IMG/VR virus record: IMGVR_UViG_3300017988_000572
Span: 1-35,619 of that record
Source: a virus
Taxonomy: Duplodnaviria; Caudoviricetes
Reading direction: 5' to 3' (one strand)
DNA: 35,619 bases
Below the pieces are notes generated by a model. That model was not told where the DNA came from. It saw nothing but the letters and a program-made list of their open reading frames with translations, and ran no database searches. Shown here in pieces: positions 1-8,763 of this stretch (the stretch's first letter is position 1; every line of letters starts with the position of its first letter). A program made the translations under genes and the position numbers.

Positions 1-38
1 ACCGCGACTACGATGTGGAGTTTTCCGACGAGAGGTGA
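1..38 (+). CDS. 3' end of an upstream gene (partial; ...RDYDVEFSDER*)
   Basis: The frame starting at nt 3 is open to TGA 36-38, which overlaps the RBS (GAGGTG) of the next gene. Confidence 0.4.
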   Translation, partial: RDYDVEFSDER

Positions 39-42
39 TCGT

Positions 43-636
43 ATGAAGGACAAAAGGCTTCAAGTGAAGGGCATCAAGACCTTCAAGGGCCGCGAAGGAG
101 TGGGGCTGAACGCGACGCTCTATTTCGACGGTAAGAAGGTCTGCGAGGTGATGGATTCGGCTGACGGCGGCGAGATGGACTACCACTGGATCAAGCCGTC
201 CTGGGAGGATGAGGTCGAGGCTTACGTCAAGACCCTCACTCCGCGACTTGCCTCGGTGAACATCAGAGCCGGCTTTGTGCTTGACGAGAAGCGCGAGGAG
301 CGGCCAGACCTGAGGTGCCCGAAGTGCGGAAGCGCCAAGGTCTTCGAGGTTTTGGGTGGACGGTTGCACGGCGATCTTTACTGCGAACCCTGCAACGAGC
401 TTTTGGAGTTCGTCGGCAATACTCTGGATTCGTTCGTGAATGATTGGGTGGATGAGGCTGAGACCGAAAAGGCGTGGAAGAGGGCTTGCAAGACCAAGAC
501 TCTCTTCCGTCGCGCTGGAGACCCGGCCGAGAGAGTTCACCAAGTCGGTATTGCTTTCACGCCCGCCAACAAGGCCGCGATTTTGAAGAAGTGGCCGGAT
601 GTGGTGGAGTGGATCAACGAGCGGTACGCGGCATAA
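43..636 (+). CDS. Phage hypothetical protein with Zn-ribbon (CPKC...CEPC)
   Basis: ORF 13..636; ATG 43 preferred because GAGGTG precedes it; two CxxC pairs. Confidence 0.8.
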   Translation: MKDKRLQVKGIKTFKGREGVGLNATLYFDGKKVCEVMDSADGGEMDYHWIKPSWEDEVEAYVKTLTPRLASVNIRAGFVLDEKREERPDLRCPKCGSAKVFEVLGGRLHGDLYCEPCNELLEFVGNTLDSFVNDWVDEAETEKAWKRACKTKTLFRRAGDPAERVHQVGIAFTPANKAAILKKWPDVVEWINERYAA

Positions 637-753
637 GTTTACCGCTGGCCGATCGGCAGCCTACTAGGCTGATCATGCAGCGACCAGCAGAGCGGCGGTT
701 GTGGCGAAGGAGCGAGTCGCTGGGCCGCCGCCAAGTTTTGAAGATGAGGGACT

Positions 754-1047
754 ATGAAGACCGATCAAGAACTTGCCAACACCCACGCTGAGGGAACTAC
801 TGACTATGGTAAGGTGCGGCTCATCATGCAGGGCGAGCGTTACGCGATCTTCCGCTGGCCCGGTGGTTACTGGTATGACAACGGAGGACCGCACTACGGG
901 CGGGTGACCTACTGCCTCGCAGTGAAGGGTAAGAGGCGCTTTGGACACGACAATCCCGTTGTCAAGGAGTGGGATGGCCGCGTCTCGAAGAAGTTGCTGA
1001 GGGCTGCGCTCGACGAAGCTGAGAGAAGCGAGGTGAAAAAGCTATGA
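754..1047 (+). CDS. Phage hypothetical protein
   Basis: GAGGG RBS before ATG; stop overlaps next start (ATGA). Confidence 0.75.
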   Translation: MKTDQELANTHAEGTTDYGKVRLIMQGERYAIFRWPGGYWYDNGGPHYGRVTYCLAVKGKRRFGHDNPVVKEWDGRVSKKLLRAALDEAERSEVKKL

Positions 1048-1274
1048 CCATTATTTCGATGGACCTGAACAAATTCCTGGGTGCGCTCGAGAAGAGCGCG
1101 ATCGCGGACGGTGAGATGAAGATGACCCGCGAAGAGGCCCTGGCGAAAGGACTCTGCGTGGTCTGCGGAGAACCGGCCCTGGCCAAGTGCTACAGCGAGG
1201 CCGGCCGTCGGGAGTACCAAATCTCAGGCAGCTGCGAGAGCTGTTTCGATGAGATGTTCAAAGAAGAGGAATGA
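1044..1274 (+). CDS. Small Cys-rich (CxxC...C...CxxC) hypothetical protein
   Basis: GAGGTG RBS; ATGA overlaps at both ends; CVVC and CESC motifs. Confidence 0.8.
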   Translation: MTIISMDLNKFLGALEKSAIADGEMKMTREEALAKGLCVVCGEPALAKCYSEAGRREYQISGSCESCFDEMFKEEE

Positions 1275-1549
1275 GTATGACGTACTTTGGGTTATCGCAC
1301 AACGGGAACTTGCTAGGAGTCAGCACCACTTCAAACGGGGATGCTGAATTCTGTGTGTCCGTGGCTTATGAGCTTCGGGACGGTGGCGACACCGGACCGG
1401 AGCAGCCTTGGCTTGTTAAGGATCGAGCTGTGGCTGAGCGGGTAGCGAACCGGGCTGGCGATTGGTTCAACGCTGGCTACGAAGCGCCGCTGAATTCGTA
1501 TCACGGGAAATGCCGGGTGACCGAAGTGGAACTCAGCTTTCCTGTTTGA
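1271..1549 (+). CDS. Phage hypothetical protein
   Basis: ATGA-coupled to the previous gene; followed by a terminator. Confidence 0.75.
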   Translation: MSMTYFGLSHNGNLLGVSTTSNGDAEFCVSVAYELRDGGDTGPEQPWLVKDRAVAERVANRAGDWFNAGYEAPLNSYHGKCRVTEVELSFPV

Positions 1550-1595
1550 CCAAAACGCTCGGGTAGCGTAGGAGGAAGAAAACCTACCCATGAGG

Positions 1596-1635
1596 AGAAA
1601 CGCCCTGGCCGCGGCTGGGGCGTTTCTGTTTCTGT
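1596..1635 (+). terminator. Intrinsic terminator
   Basis: Hairpin AGAAACGCCCTGGC-CGCG-GCTGGGGCGTTTCT followed by T-rich GTTTCTGT. Confidence 0.75.
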
Positions 1636-1639
1636 GGCG

Positions 1640-1683
1640 AGCTTGCTGTTGTAGACCAAACTGCTAAGGGTTAGCTTCGGAGT
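1640..1683 (+). promoter_or_regulatory. Putative late promoter copy 1 (portal operon)
   Basis: AGCTTGCTGTTG 1640-1651; TTGTAG, 17-nt spacer, TAGCTT (1672-1677); 6 nt then ATG 1684. Confidence 0.75.
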
Positions 1684-4600
1684 ATGGTCGCCTTCCTGCG
1701 CAGGCTGCATCTGGCATTGCACGCCCGTTTTCTCCGCTACTTTCGCACTCGCGAGGTGGTGAAGGCCTATTCCCTGATGCACGCCGAAGAGATGGCCATC
1801 ACGCCGATCCAGAACTGGCCGATGATGAAAGCCAGGCAGGCTCAAGAGATCAGGCAGGTGAAGGCTGGAAAGCTGGACATTGTAGACCGCAAGAGCTGGG
1901 CGTTCCCCTATCTGCCTTCGAGCGTGCAACGGCTGTCGATGCCGGTGATGAAGTCAACCCCTTACAATCTGCGCCGTTTCTCACGCACGCCAGTCGCCCG
2001 GCGCGCCATCAACCTGATCAAGAACTCAGTGACCGCACAAACCTGGGACATTAGACCAATCGACGGTGCGGCGGTCGAGGATGAGGACGAGCAGAAGGCG
2101 CGGATAAAAATCGCCAAGGGTCTTTTCAAGCATCCCAATAACGTAGACTCGATGCAGTCTTGGATGGAGATGGGCATCGAGGACCTTTGCTGCTTCGGCG
2201 CCTTCGCTTCTGAGATTATGCTGACCATCGATCCTGAGCGGCCGGTGAAGATGTGGGCGATGGATGTGTCTACGGTCCGCATCTTCGTATCCTGGTCTGA
2301 GTCCACTACCGATCTGCCGCACTACGCACAGATGACCGGACTACAGGGCGAGCGTGGAGCGATCCTGTTCTACGACGATGAGATCATGTACATCAAGGAC
2401 AACCCCGCCACCGACAATCCTTTCGGCCTGGGCAAGATGGAAGTGGCCTTCCAGCAGCTGAACGATTTGCTGGGTGTGCAGAGAATGGCTGGAATGGCTG
2501 GAGCGGATCAAGTCCACAAGTGCTTCCCCGGAGACACCGAGGTATTGACGCGGCGCGGATGGATGGCTTGGCGTGATGTGGGAGACGATGAGGAATTCGC
2601 CACACGCAGCTCGGATGGCAAGCTGCAGTGGCAGCGCGCTCTCGGATTTGTGCGCGAACAGCACGACGGAGACATGATCCAGTTCCGCAACCGGGAACTG
2701 ACCATTACCGTCACACCGAATCATAGGATGTATGGGCAGCGCTTCACTAAGGACTGGAAAACGGGGAAGCGTGTGGCCGAGCCTATCGGATTCATTGAAG
2801 CGCGTGAGCTGTTTGATGGCGTCGCAAACCGCCCGGGTAAGGGATGGAGAGGAGCGGACAAGAAGGAACGGTCGCTCTTCGACTTCAGGATTCCGACAAG
2901 GGCTACGTGGGAAGACGGCGTTTTGCCGGAGCCTGTCTGCCGTGTCGGGACAAAGACATTCGACTGGGAGGATTGGGCGGCGTTTCTTGGCGTCTGGATT
3001 GCCGAGGGTTCGTGCATGAAGGCGAGCGGAGAGAAGCCGAACAACGGAGAGTACCGCATACAGGTTGCGCAGTCGAAAAAGGCCAACCCGTCAAAATACG
3101 AGAAGATCAAGCACCTTCTAGGGCGCATGGGTTTTGCACACCAAGCAAAATCCGACCGCTTTGTTTTCAGTGACCACGATGTTTGGGCATATCTGTCCGG
3201 TCTGGGAGACAGTCATACCAAATTCGTTCCTCAGTGGATAAAGGATGCCCCCACGCCCATTATCCAGGCGTTCTTTGACTGGGCTATGCTGGGCGACGGA
3301 ACTGTCCGTGGGAAGAAGCGGACGTACTATACAGCCAGCGCGCGTCTAGCTGGCGATATGCAGGAGCTGTTTCAAAAGATAGGCTCCAGCGCTGCGGTCA
3401 AACCTTATCTCGACGGGCGCAGTCAGATGTACGCTGTCGAGGAGATGCTGCGACCTGAGTTGAGCATTATCCCTGCCGGTTGCCGAGGCAAGGCGCGCAC
3501 GCCGAAGCGGATTCCGTATAGCGGCATGGTTTATTGCGCGATGGTTCCGAATGGGACGCTCTATTGCCGTGAAAATGGATACGCGTTCTTCACAGGCAAC
3601 ACATGGCTATGGTGGGAGCAGCCGCAAAGTGATTCGGCGTACCAGATCGTGCGCCGGCACATTCAGAACGAACTCGAGGGACAGGCCAAGGTTTCGATCA
3701 TCGGCGGCATGAAGAAGCCGGAAGTCCTCGAGATCACCCCTGTCACCGAAGAGGACCTGCTGCTCAACTGGCAGGAGATGATGATTCGCATGGTAGCCAA
3801 CGCCTTCGACATGACCGCGATGGCGCTGGGAGTCGAGCATGATGTGAACCGGGCCGTCGGCGAAGTGCTCAAGGACCAGGACTTCAGATCGGCTGTGGTG
3901 CCGATGGCCAAGAGAGTGCAGGAAGCATTCACGCGTAAGGTTCTGCATGAGGCGCTGGGCTGGCGTGACCTCGAATTCGCGTTTCTGCAACTCGACGACC
4001 CCGACCTCGAAACCAAGACCGACATGAATGCGCGGATGTACTCGGCCAATGCCCTGACCCCGAACGAGTGGAGGATCAGTGTGGGCAAACAGCCATTGAA
4101 GAGCCCGTTTGGCGACATGACCCAGTTCGAGTCCATGATGCTTAACCAGGAGCTGATGGCTGAGATTCAGAACCGGCAGCAAGAGCAGAGCATGAACCGC
4201 CAACAGCAACAGCAGCTGCCGGGAAGTGGTGGTGGGTATCCGCCAGGTGGTGGCGGCCAGCCCTACCAGAAACCGATTTCGCAGGGCGAGATTTCACGCG
4301 GCGGGCAGATCGAGTCGCCACGGCCGCTGATGCTGCCTAAGTTCCCCATCGCCGGTTCCAAGTGGAATGCGAGGGAGATTGCGAGAATGCCGGTCAACGA
4401 TTTGGCCGACCGGATCGATGGCGGAGAACTGCCGCCAGCGAAGAGCCTGCTTCTGGACATGGACGATCAGGAACCAAACATCCTCGAGCAGATGGCCGAC
4501 GAGGTGAAGGAATACTTCAAGTACGTGCTGCAGGAAGACGAGCAGGACGATGCTGATGAGACACCGGACCAGTATTTGCAGAGCTGGCTGAAGAAGCAGC

Positions 4601-4770
4601 GCAAGCGTGTGAACAAGAGGAAGGCCCGTTCCGACGACATGACCCAGTATTTGCAGGACGTGAACCAGAGGTGGCGTATGGCGACGCCGTCGAAGCCTGG
4701 AGCCAAGGCTTATCGGGCTGTGAAGAATCCAGGCAAGCCGGGCACGCCGCCCGCGGCACGTTCTTTGTAA
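1684..4770 (+). CDS. Portal protein (HK97-type) containing an intein; 668 aa after splicing, long C-terminal extension
   Basis: Portal-like motifs IMYIKDNP..DNPFGLGKME, VANAFDM..LG and LTPNEWR..VGKQPL...GD; first gene of the head operon. Confidence 0.92.
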   Translation: MVAFLRRLHLALHARFLRYFRTREVVKAYSLMHAEEMAITPIQNWPMMKARQAQEIRQVKAGKLDIVDRKSWAFPYLPSSVQRLSMPVMKSTPYNLRRFSRTPVARRAINLIKNSVTAQTWDIRPIDGAAVEDEDEQKARIKIAKGLFKHPNNVDSMQSWMEMGIEDLCCFGAFASEIMLTIDPERPVKMWAMDVSTVRIFVSWSESTTDLPHYAQMTGLQGERGAILFYDDEIMYIKDNPATDNPFGLGKMEVAFQQLNDLLGVQRMAGMAGADQVHKCFPGDTEVLTRRGWMAWRDVGDDEEFATRSSDGKLQWQRALGFVREQHDGDMIQFRNRELTITVTPNHRMYGQRFTKDWKTGKRVAEPIGFIEARELFDGVANRPGKGWRGADKKERSLFDFRIPTRATWEDGVLPEPVCRVGTKTFDWEDWAAFLGVWIAEGSCMKASGEKPNNGEYRIQVAQSKKANPSKYEKIKHLLGRMGFAHQAKSDRFVFSDHDVWAYLSGLGDSHTKFVPQWIKDAPTPIIQAFFDWAMLGDGTVRGKKRTYYTASARLAGDMQELFQKIGSSAAVKPYLDGRSQMYAVEEMLRPELSIIPAGCRGKARTPKRIPYSGMVYCAMVPNGTLYCRENGYAFFTGNTWLWWEQPQSDSAYQIVRRHIQNELEGQAKVSIIGGMKKPEVLEITPVTEEDLLLNWQEMMIRMVANAFDMTAMALGVEHDVNRAVGEVLKDQDFRSAVVPMAKRVQEAFTRKVLHEALGWRDLEFAFLQLDDPDLETKTDMNARMYSANALTPNEWRISVGKQPLKSPFGDMTQFESMMLNQELMAEIQNRQQEQSMNRQQQQQLPGSGGGYPPGGGGQPYQKPISQGEISRGGQIESPRPLMLPKFPIAGSKWNAREIARMPVNDLADRIDGGELPPAKSLLLDMDDQEPNILEQMADEVKEYFKYVLQEDEQDDADETPDQYLQSWLKKQRKRVNKRKARSDDMTQYLQDVNQRWRMATPSKPGAKAYRAVKNPGKPGTPPAARSL
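2521..3600 (+). mobile_element. Intein with LAGLIDADG homing endonuclease (360 aa)
   Basis: Block A K|CFPGDTEVLTRRGW, block B TVTPNHRMY, endonuclease motifs FLGVWIAEGS and WAMLGDGT, block F/G YSGMVYCAMVPNGTLY...FFTGN|T (+1 Thr at 3601). Confidence 0.95.
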
Positions 4771-4779
4771 GAGGGAACA

Positions 4780-5688
4780 GTGAGGAAATGTCTACAATGG
4801 CTCGTCTTGCTTTGCGCCGTCCCTTGCGCGGCGCAGACCGTCATTGTCAGCGCCTCTAATCTTCGCGACGGATTGAACCCGGCCAACGGCACGATTGTTT
4901 TTAGCCCCGTGAATGCTGCTGGAGCCCCTGTCAGCTATCACACCCCCGGAGGCCAGGTAAGTTCGTCGCCCATCACTGCCAAGGTGGTTGCAGGGGCATT
5001 TTCTGTAGCGTTGCCCGACGTCGCGCTGACCATACCGGCGAACCTGTGTTTTGCGGGCGCTCTCAATGTACTGAGCGGCTACGGGTTCGGACCGGGATAT
5101 TCGTGCATCCAGCCAACCCAAAGCAATTATTGGTGCTCCAACGGCCTGTGCGATTTCGACAACTACATACCGAGCCTGCCCGCGCTCCCCGTCTACGGCG
5201 GTGGTTTGACTCTTAATGGGTATGCTGGAGCGTTCACCTTCAGTGGACCTGGCGTGAGCTGTGACTGGATTACGTTGACCTGTGTGTTTAACGGGCTTTC
5301 CAGCCCCGTTGTGCCTACGATAGGAGATTCTGACGTGACCGGGCAAGTTGCGTCTCTACCCACCGTCAATCTGGTTGGGGCGACGCCCGCTACGGGCAAG
5401 TATCGGATCAACTATTATGCGAATGGGAATACGGCCTGCGGCAGCGGCACTGTGTTTGTCACGTTCACCTTCAGCTGGGTCGATCCCATCAGCGCGCGGT
5501 CCGTCGCCAGCATTGCTTTGACACTTGGGCCTTCTGAGGCGCCTATATCCAATTCAATTCGCGGAGCGATTCCCATATACGCCCTCGCTTCGACAGCTGT
5601 AAGCTACAACTCAACCGTCGTAGGCTCATGCGCAACTGGTGGGCCGGCAAGCTACGACGCGCACGTTGCTGTGGAGGAACTACAATGA
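4780..5688 (+). CDS. Signal-peptide-bearing beta-rich protein (fibre/surface cassette A)
   Basis: GTG start with GAGGGA RBS; MRKCLQWLVLLCAVPCAA|Q; C-terminal ~120-aa domain similar to that of 5685..7571. Confidence 0.85.
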   Translation: MRKCLQWLVLLCAVPCAAQTVIVSASNLRDGLNPANGTIVFSPVNAAGAPVSYHTPGGQVSSSPITAKVVAGAFSVALPDVALTIPANLCFAGALNVLSGYGFGPGYSCIQPTQSNYWCSNGLCDFDNYIPSLPALPVYGGGLTLNGYAGAFTFSGPGVSCDWITLTCVFNGLSSPVVPTIGDSDVTGQVASLPTVNLVGATPATGKYRINYYANGNTACGSGTVFVTFTFSWVDPISARSVASIALTLGPSEAPISNSIRGAIPIYALASTAVSYNSTVVGSCATGGPASYDAHVAVEELQ

Positions 5689-7571
5689 AAAAGAATCTTT
5701 TTGCGGCTGCTATTCTGGTTATTCTTCTCTGCAGCATCAATGGTGTGAACGCGCAAACCGCTGGGTATCCGGCGGTGCAGCTGACTCCCGCCTACGCCGC
5801 TGATACAGGGTCAGTCAACGTGCTGGCCGCCACGGTGCTCAGCTGCCCCACCGCTTACACCACCGGAGCGTCGTTCAAGGTACTGCCTGGACACGCCAAC
5901 ACAACGACCACCCCGACCTTGAACTTCTGCGGCCTGGGAGCCAAGACCATCACGAAGTATGGCCAATCCGCGGTGGCTGCGAATGATCTGACTACGACGG
6001 CCATCGCTGAATTTGTCTATGACGGCACCTACATGGAGCTGGAGAATCCGCAGACCGTAACTGGCGGCGGCACTGTTACGGTTGTGAGTTCGGGAAGTCT
6101 GACCTCATCGGCCCTGGTAACTGGTGGTGGATCACAAACTCTGCAAACTGTGTGCGCGACCTGCACTCTGAGCAGCGCTGGTGTGTTGCAACTGGCCGCT
6201 GGTGGATCGATTGGCAGCGCCGATACCGGATCGCCGGCGCTGACCTTCGGGACGAGCAAAGGAACGTTCAACCAGCCGCTCTATCTGGGAACGACCAGCA
6301 ACCAGCTTGTCACCGGCACATCGACCAACCTCACTACGTCTACCTACCCCGCGTCCTCGGGGGCGGTTACGCTGACCTTCCCGAATACGACCGAGTATAT
6401 GGTCGGCGCCAACAGCGACACGACAACCACGCATGTGCTGCACGCGACGGGGGTAGCTGGCGTAGGTAGTTTCTCCGCCATCGCGACCGGCGACTTGCCG
6501 ACAATCCCGATTGCTGGCGGCGGCACGAATGCCACCAGCGCCAGCGCTGGCCAAGTGCCGAACAGCACCAGCGGCAGCGCCTCGAGCTGGACATCGACGA
6601 TCACTTTGGGGGCCTCAGGCACTCTTGGATCGGTGACAATGGGCAACGCCTCTACCGGTACTCTTACCGTGGAACCGTCGAGCGGCACTCTTGGGACCAT
6701 CACCGAATACTTCCCTACAGCTTCGGGAGACACGCTGATTGCTGAGTCGGCATCGGACACCACAACCACCCATCTTCTGCACGCGACAGCGACTGGCGGA
6801 ATTGGTACGTTCTCTGCCATCGCTGCTGGAGATATTGGGTTTACATTGCTAGGCGATACGCTCTACGGCGGCGCCAGCGGCGCGCCGACCAAATTGGCTG
6901 GCCCTACAGCCGGAGCGGGAACCTACGCCTTGGTAGATGTGACGGTGGGAGCGAGCGCCGTGGCCCCGACCTGGAGCAGCGCTCCGGCTTTGAGCATGGC
7001 GAATATGACTGGCCTAACTTCAGGCCAGGTAACCGGCGCTTGCACAACCTGCGTTACTTCGGCGTCATCCCTCACCAGCGGCAATCTTATGACTGGTGCA
7101 GGAAGCCAGGGAGCGCAGGTCAACGCGAACGTTGCAGTAAACAGCAACGGCGCCTTCACCCAATACGACGGGATCACCACGGCTGGCATCGGCGTTCCTG
7201 CGGTAGAGGGAGTATCAGACAAAACGGCGCAATCAGCCAGCATCACCTCGACCAACCTGATTGCCTCTACCGGAGCTGCTGGGCATTATCTGGCGCGCTT
7301 CTATATCGATCAGAACGCGCTTTGCACCACAGGCACAGGATCGGTGTACGCTACCCTAACCTGGACCGACGCCTCGGCCTCCCATACAGCATCGACCGTT
7401 CCACTGACGCTGGCCAACACATCGATCTCGTCGGCATCTGGATACATAGACGTTGCGCTTCCGTTCTGGTCAGCCTCGGGAGACGCCGTCTCCTATACGG
7501 CAACTTACGCGTCTTGTACATCGGGAACCGGGACCTACGACCTGCACGCAGAAGTGGAACGGACCAACTAG
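5685..7571 (+). CDS. Signal-peptide-bearing Ser/Thr/Gly-rich fibre-like protein (cassette B)
   Basis: GGAGG RBS, ATG 5685 overlapping the previous stop; MKKNLFAAAILVILLCSINGVNA|Q; fibre-like motifs YAADTGS..TLNF.GLGAKTI..YDGT, IPIAGGGTNATS and GDTLYGGASGAPTKL. Confidence 0.88.
   Translation: MKKNLFAAAILVILLCSINGVNAQTAGYPAVQLTPAYAADTGSVNVLAATVLSCPTAYTTGASFKVLPGHANTTTTPTLNFCGLGAKTITKYGQSAVAANDLTTTAIAEFVYDGTYMELENPQTVTGGGTVTVVSSGSLTSSALVTGGGSQTLQTVCATCTLSSAGVLQLAAGGSIGSADTGSPALTFGTSKGTFNQPLYLGTTSNQLVTGTSTNLTTSTYPASSGAVTLTFPNTTEYMVGANSDTTTTHVLHATGVAGVGSFSAIATGDLPTIPIAGGGTNATSASAGQVPNSTSGSASSWTSTITLGASGTLGSVTMGNASTGTLTVEPSSGTLGTITEYFPTASGDTLIAESASDTTTTHLLHATATGGIGTFSAIAAGDIGFTLLGDTLYGGASGAPTKLAGPTAGAGTYALVDVTVGASAVAPTWSSAPALSMANMTGLTSGQVTGACTTCVTSASSLTSGNLMTGAGSQGAQVNANVAVNSNGAFTQYDGITTAGIGVPAVEGVSDKTAQSASITSTNLIASTGAAGHYLARFYIDQNALCTTGTGSVYATLTWTDASASHTASTVPLTLANTSISSASGYIDVALPFWSASGDAVSYTATYASCTSGTGTYDLHAEVERTN
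6415..6837 (+). repeat. Internal protein repeat SDTTTTH(V/L)LHAT..(A/G)G(V/I)G(S/T)FSAIA.GD, two copies (~6415-6495 and ~6754-6837)
   Basis: Direct comparison within the translation of 5685..7571. Confidence 0.85.
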
Positions 7572-7593
7572 CCGCCTTGAAACGGAGAATGGG

Positions 7594-8763
7594 ATGAAAA
7601 GGCTAGTCATCATTCTCGCACTCGCGTTGGCTTGCGGGGAGACGGCCCGAGCACAGGCGGTCGGATACCCGGAAGTGCAGCTGACCCCGGACTACGCTGC
7701 TGATACCGGCTCGGCGAACGCGCTGGTTGCTACGGTACTCAGCTGCCCTACCGCTTATACATCGGGGCAAACGATCAGGGTTCTACCGGGGCACGCGAAT
7801 ACGACAACCACCCCGACCCTGAACTTCTGCAATCTGGGAACTAAGACTATTACCAAATTCGGGCAGTCTGCGCTCGCGGCTAGCGACCTGCTGACAACCG
7901 CCATTGCTGTTTTTATTTACGACGGCACCGACATGGAGCTACAGAACCCGGCGACTTTGGGAACGGCGGCGCAGATCAACACGCTGCTGCAAGGATTGAC
8001 CGGATGCTCCACCGCAAATTATGTACTGACTCCGGCGGGAAGCGACTGTGTAGCAGCTGGTTCCGGTACAGTGACCGACGGCAGCGGCACAACCACAGCG
8101 AACTACATGGCGGAATCGACCAGCAGCGCCCACGTCATCGGTTACGATACAGCGGTTTCAGACAACGGAACGACCTTCTCCTACAGCGGCACGGGCGGCA
8201 TCGCGGCAACGGGTGGCAGTGTGAGCGAGATTCAGGGCACCGCCATCGCTTCTCCCGCGGCGCCGGGCGGGAGTTTGTACAATCTGTACGTCAACAGCAC
8301 TTCGGATGAGATCGAGTGCGACTACGGGGCGACGCCGACTGCTTGCGTCCCGTCTTATACGAACGGGTCGAGCAGCAGTTTCAATAGCAATGCTAATCTG
8401 ACCATGACCTCGACGAGCACGTTCTACGATGGCCCAACTACCGGGTCGCTGTCGGCTGGAACGTATTTCGTTACCGAGACGTTGACTTTAGGAAAGGCGA
8501 GCGCCACCGCCCCGGCCTACGCGGTGTGCAAGTTGTGGGACGGAACCACAGCCTTTGCCGCGGCCTACCCAGGAATGCCTTATGTGACTTCGGCTGCGAT
8601 CACTTATACGACCGTGACCCTCTCCGCAGTTATAACTGAAAGTGGTGGTGCCACGATCAAGACGAGCTGCGAGCCGCAGACCGGAAGCGAGATTATGTAC
8701 TACACGACACCGGTCGGCAGTTTGAACTTTGGAGCGACTATCTCCTGGGTGAGACTAAAATGA
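7594..8763 (+). CDS. Signal-peptide-bearing fibre-like protein (cassette C), N-terminal paralog of cassette B
   Basis: GGAG RBS before ATG 7594; MKRLVIILALALACGETARA|Q; first 99 mature aa match cassette B at 77 positions without gaps. Confidence 0.88.
   Translation: MKRLVIILALALACGETARAQAVGYPEVQLTPDYAADTGSANALVATVLSCPTAYTSGQTIRVLPGHANTTTTPTLNFCNLGTKTITKFGQSALAASDLLTTAIAVFIYDGTDMELQNPATLGTAAQINTLLQGLTGCSTANYVLTPAGSDCVAAGSGTVTDGSGTTTANYMAESTSSAHVIGYDTAVSDNGTTFSYSGTGGIAATGGSVSEIQGTAIASPAAPGGSLYNLYVNSTSDEIECDYGATPTACVPSYTNGSSSSFNSNANLTMTSTSTFYDGPTTGSLSAGTYFVTETLTLGKASATAPAYAVCKLWDGTTAFAAAYPGMPYVTSAAITYTTVTLSAVITESGGATIKTSCEPQTGSEIMYYTTPVGSLNFGATISWVRLK

Noticed and set aside
1590-1667. 25-aa ORF MRRNALAAAGAFLFLWRACCCRPNC
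   Set aside because: The SD is 14 nt away and the ORF runs through the terminator and promoter; probably incidental.
5754-7950. Duplicated N-domain as a DGR or invertible shufflon
   Set aside because: Differences are not adenine-specific, repeats are direct, and no RT or invertase is in the window.
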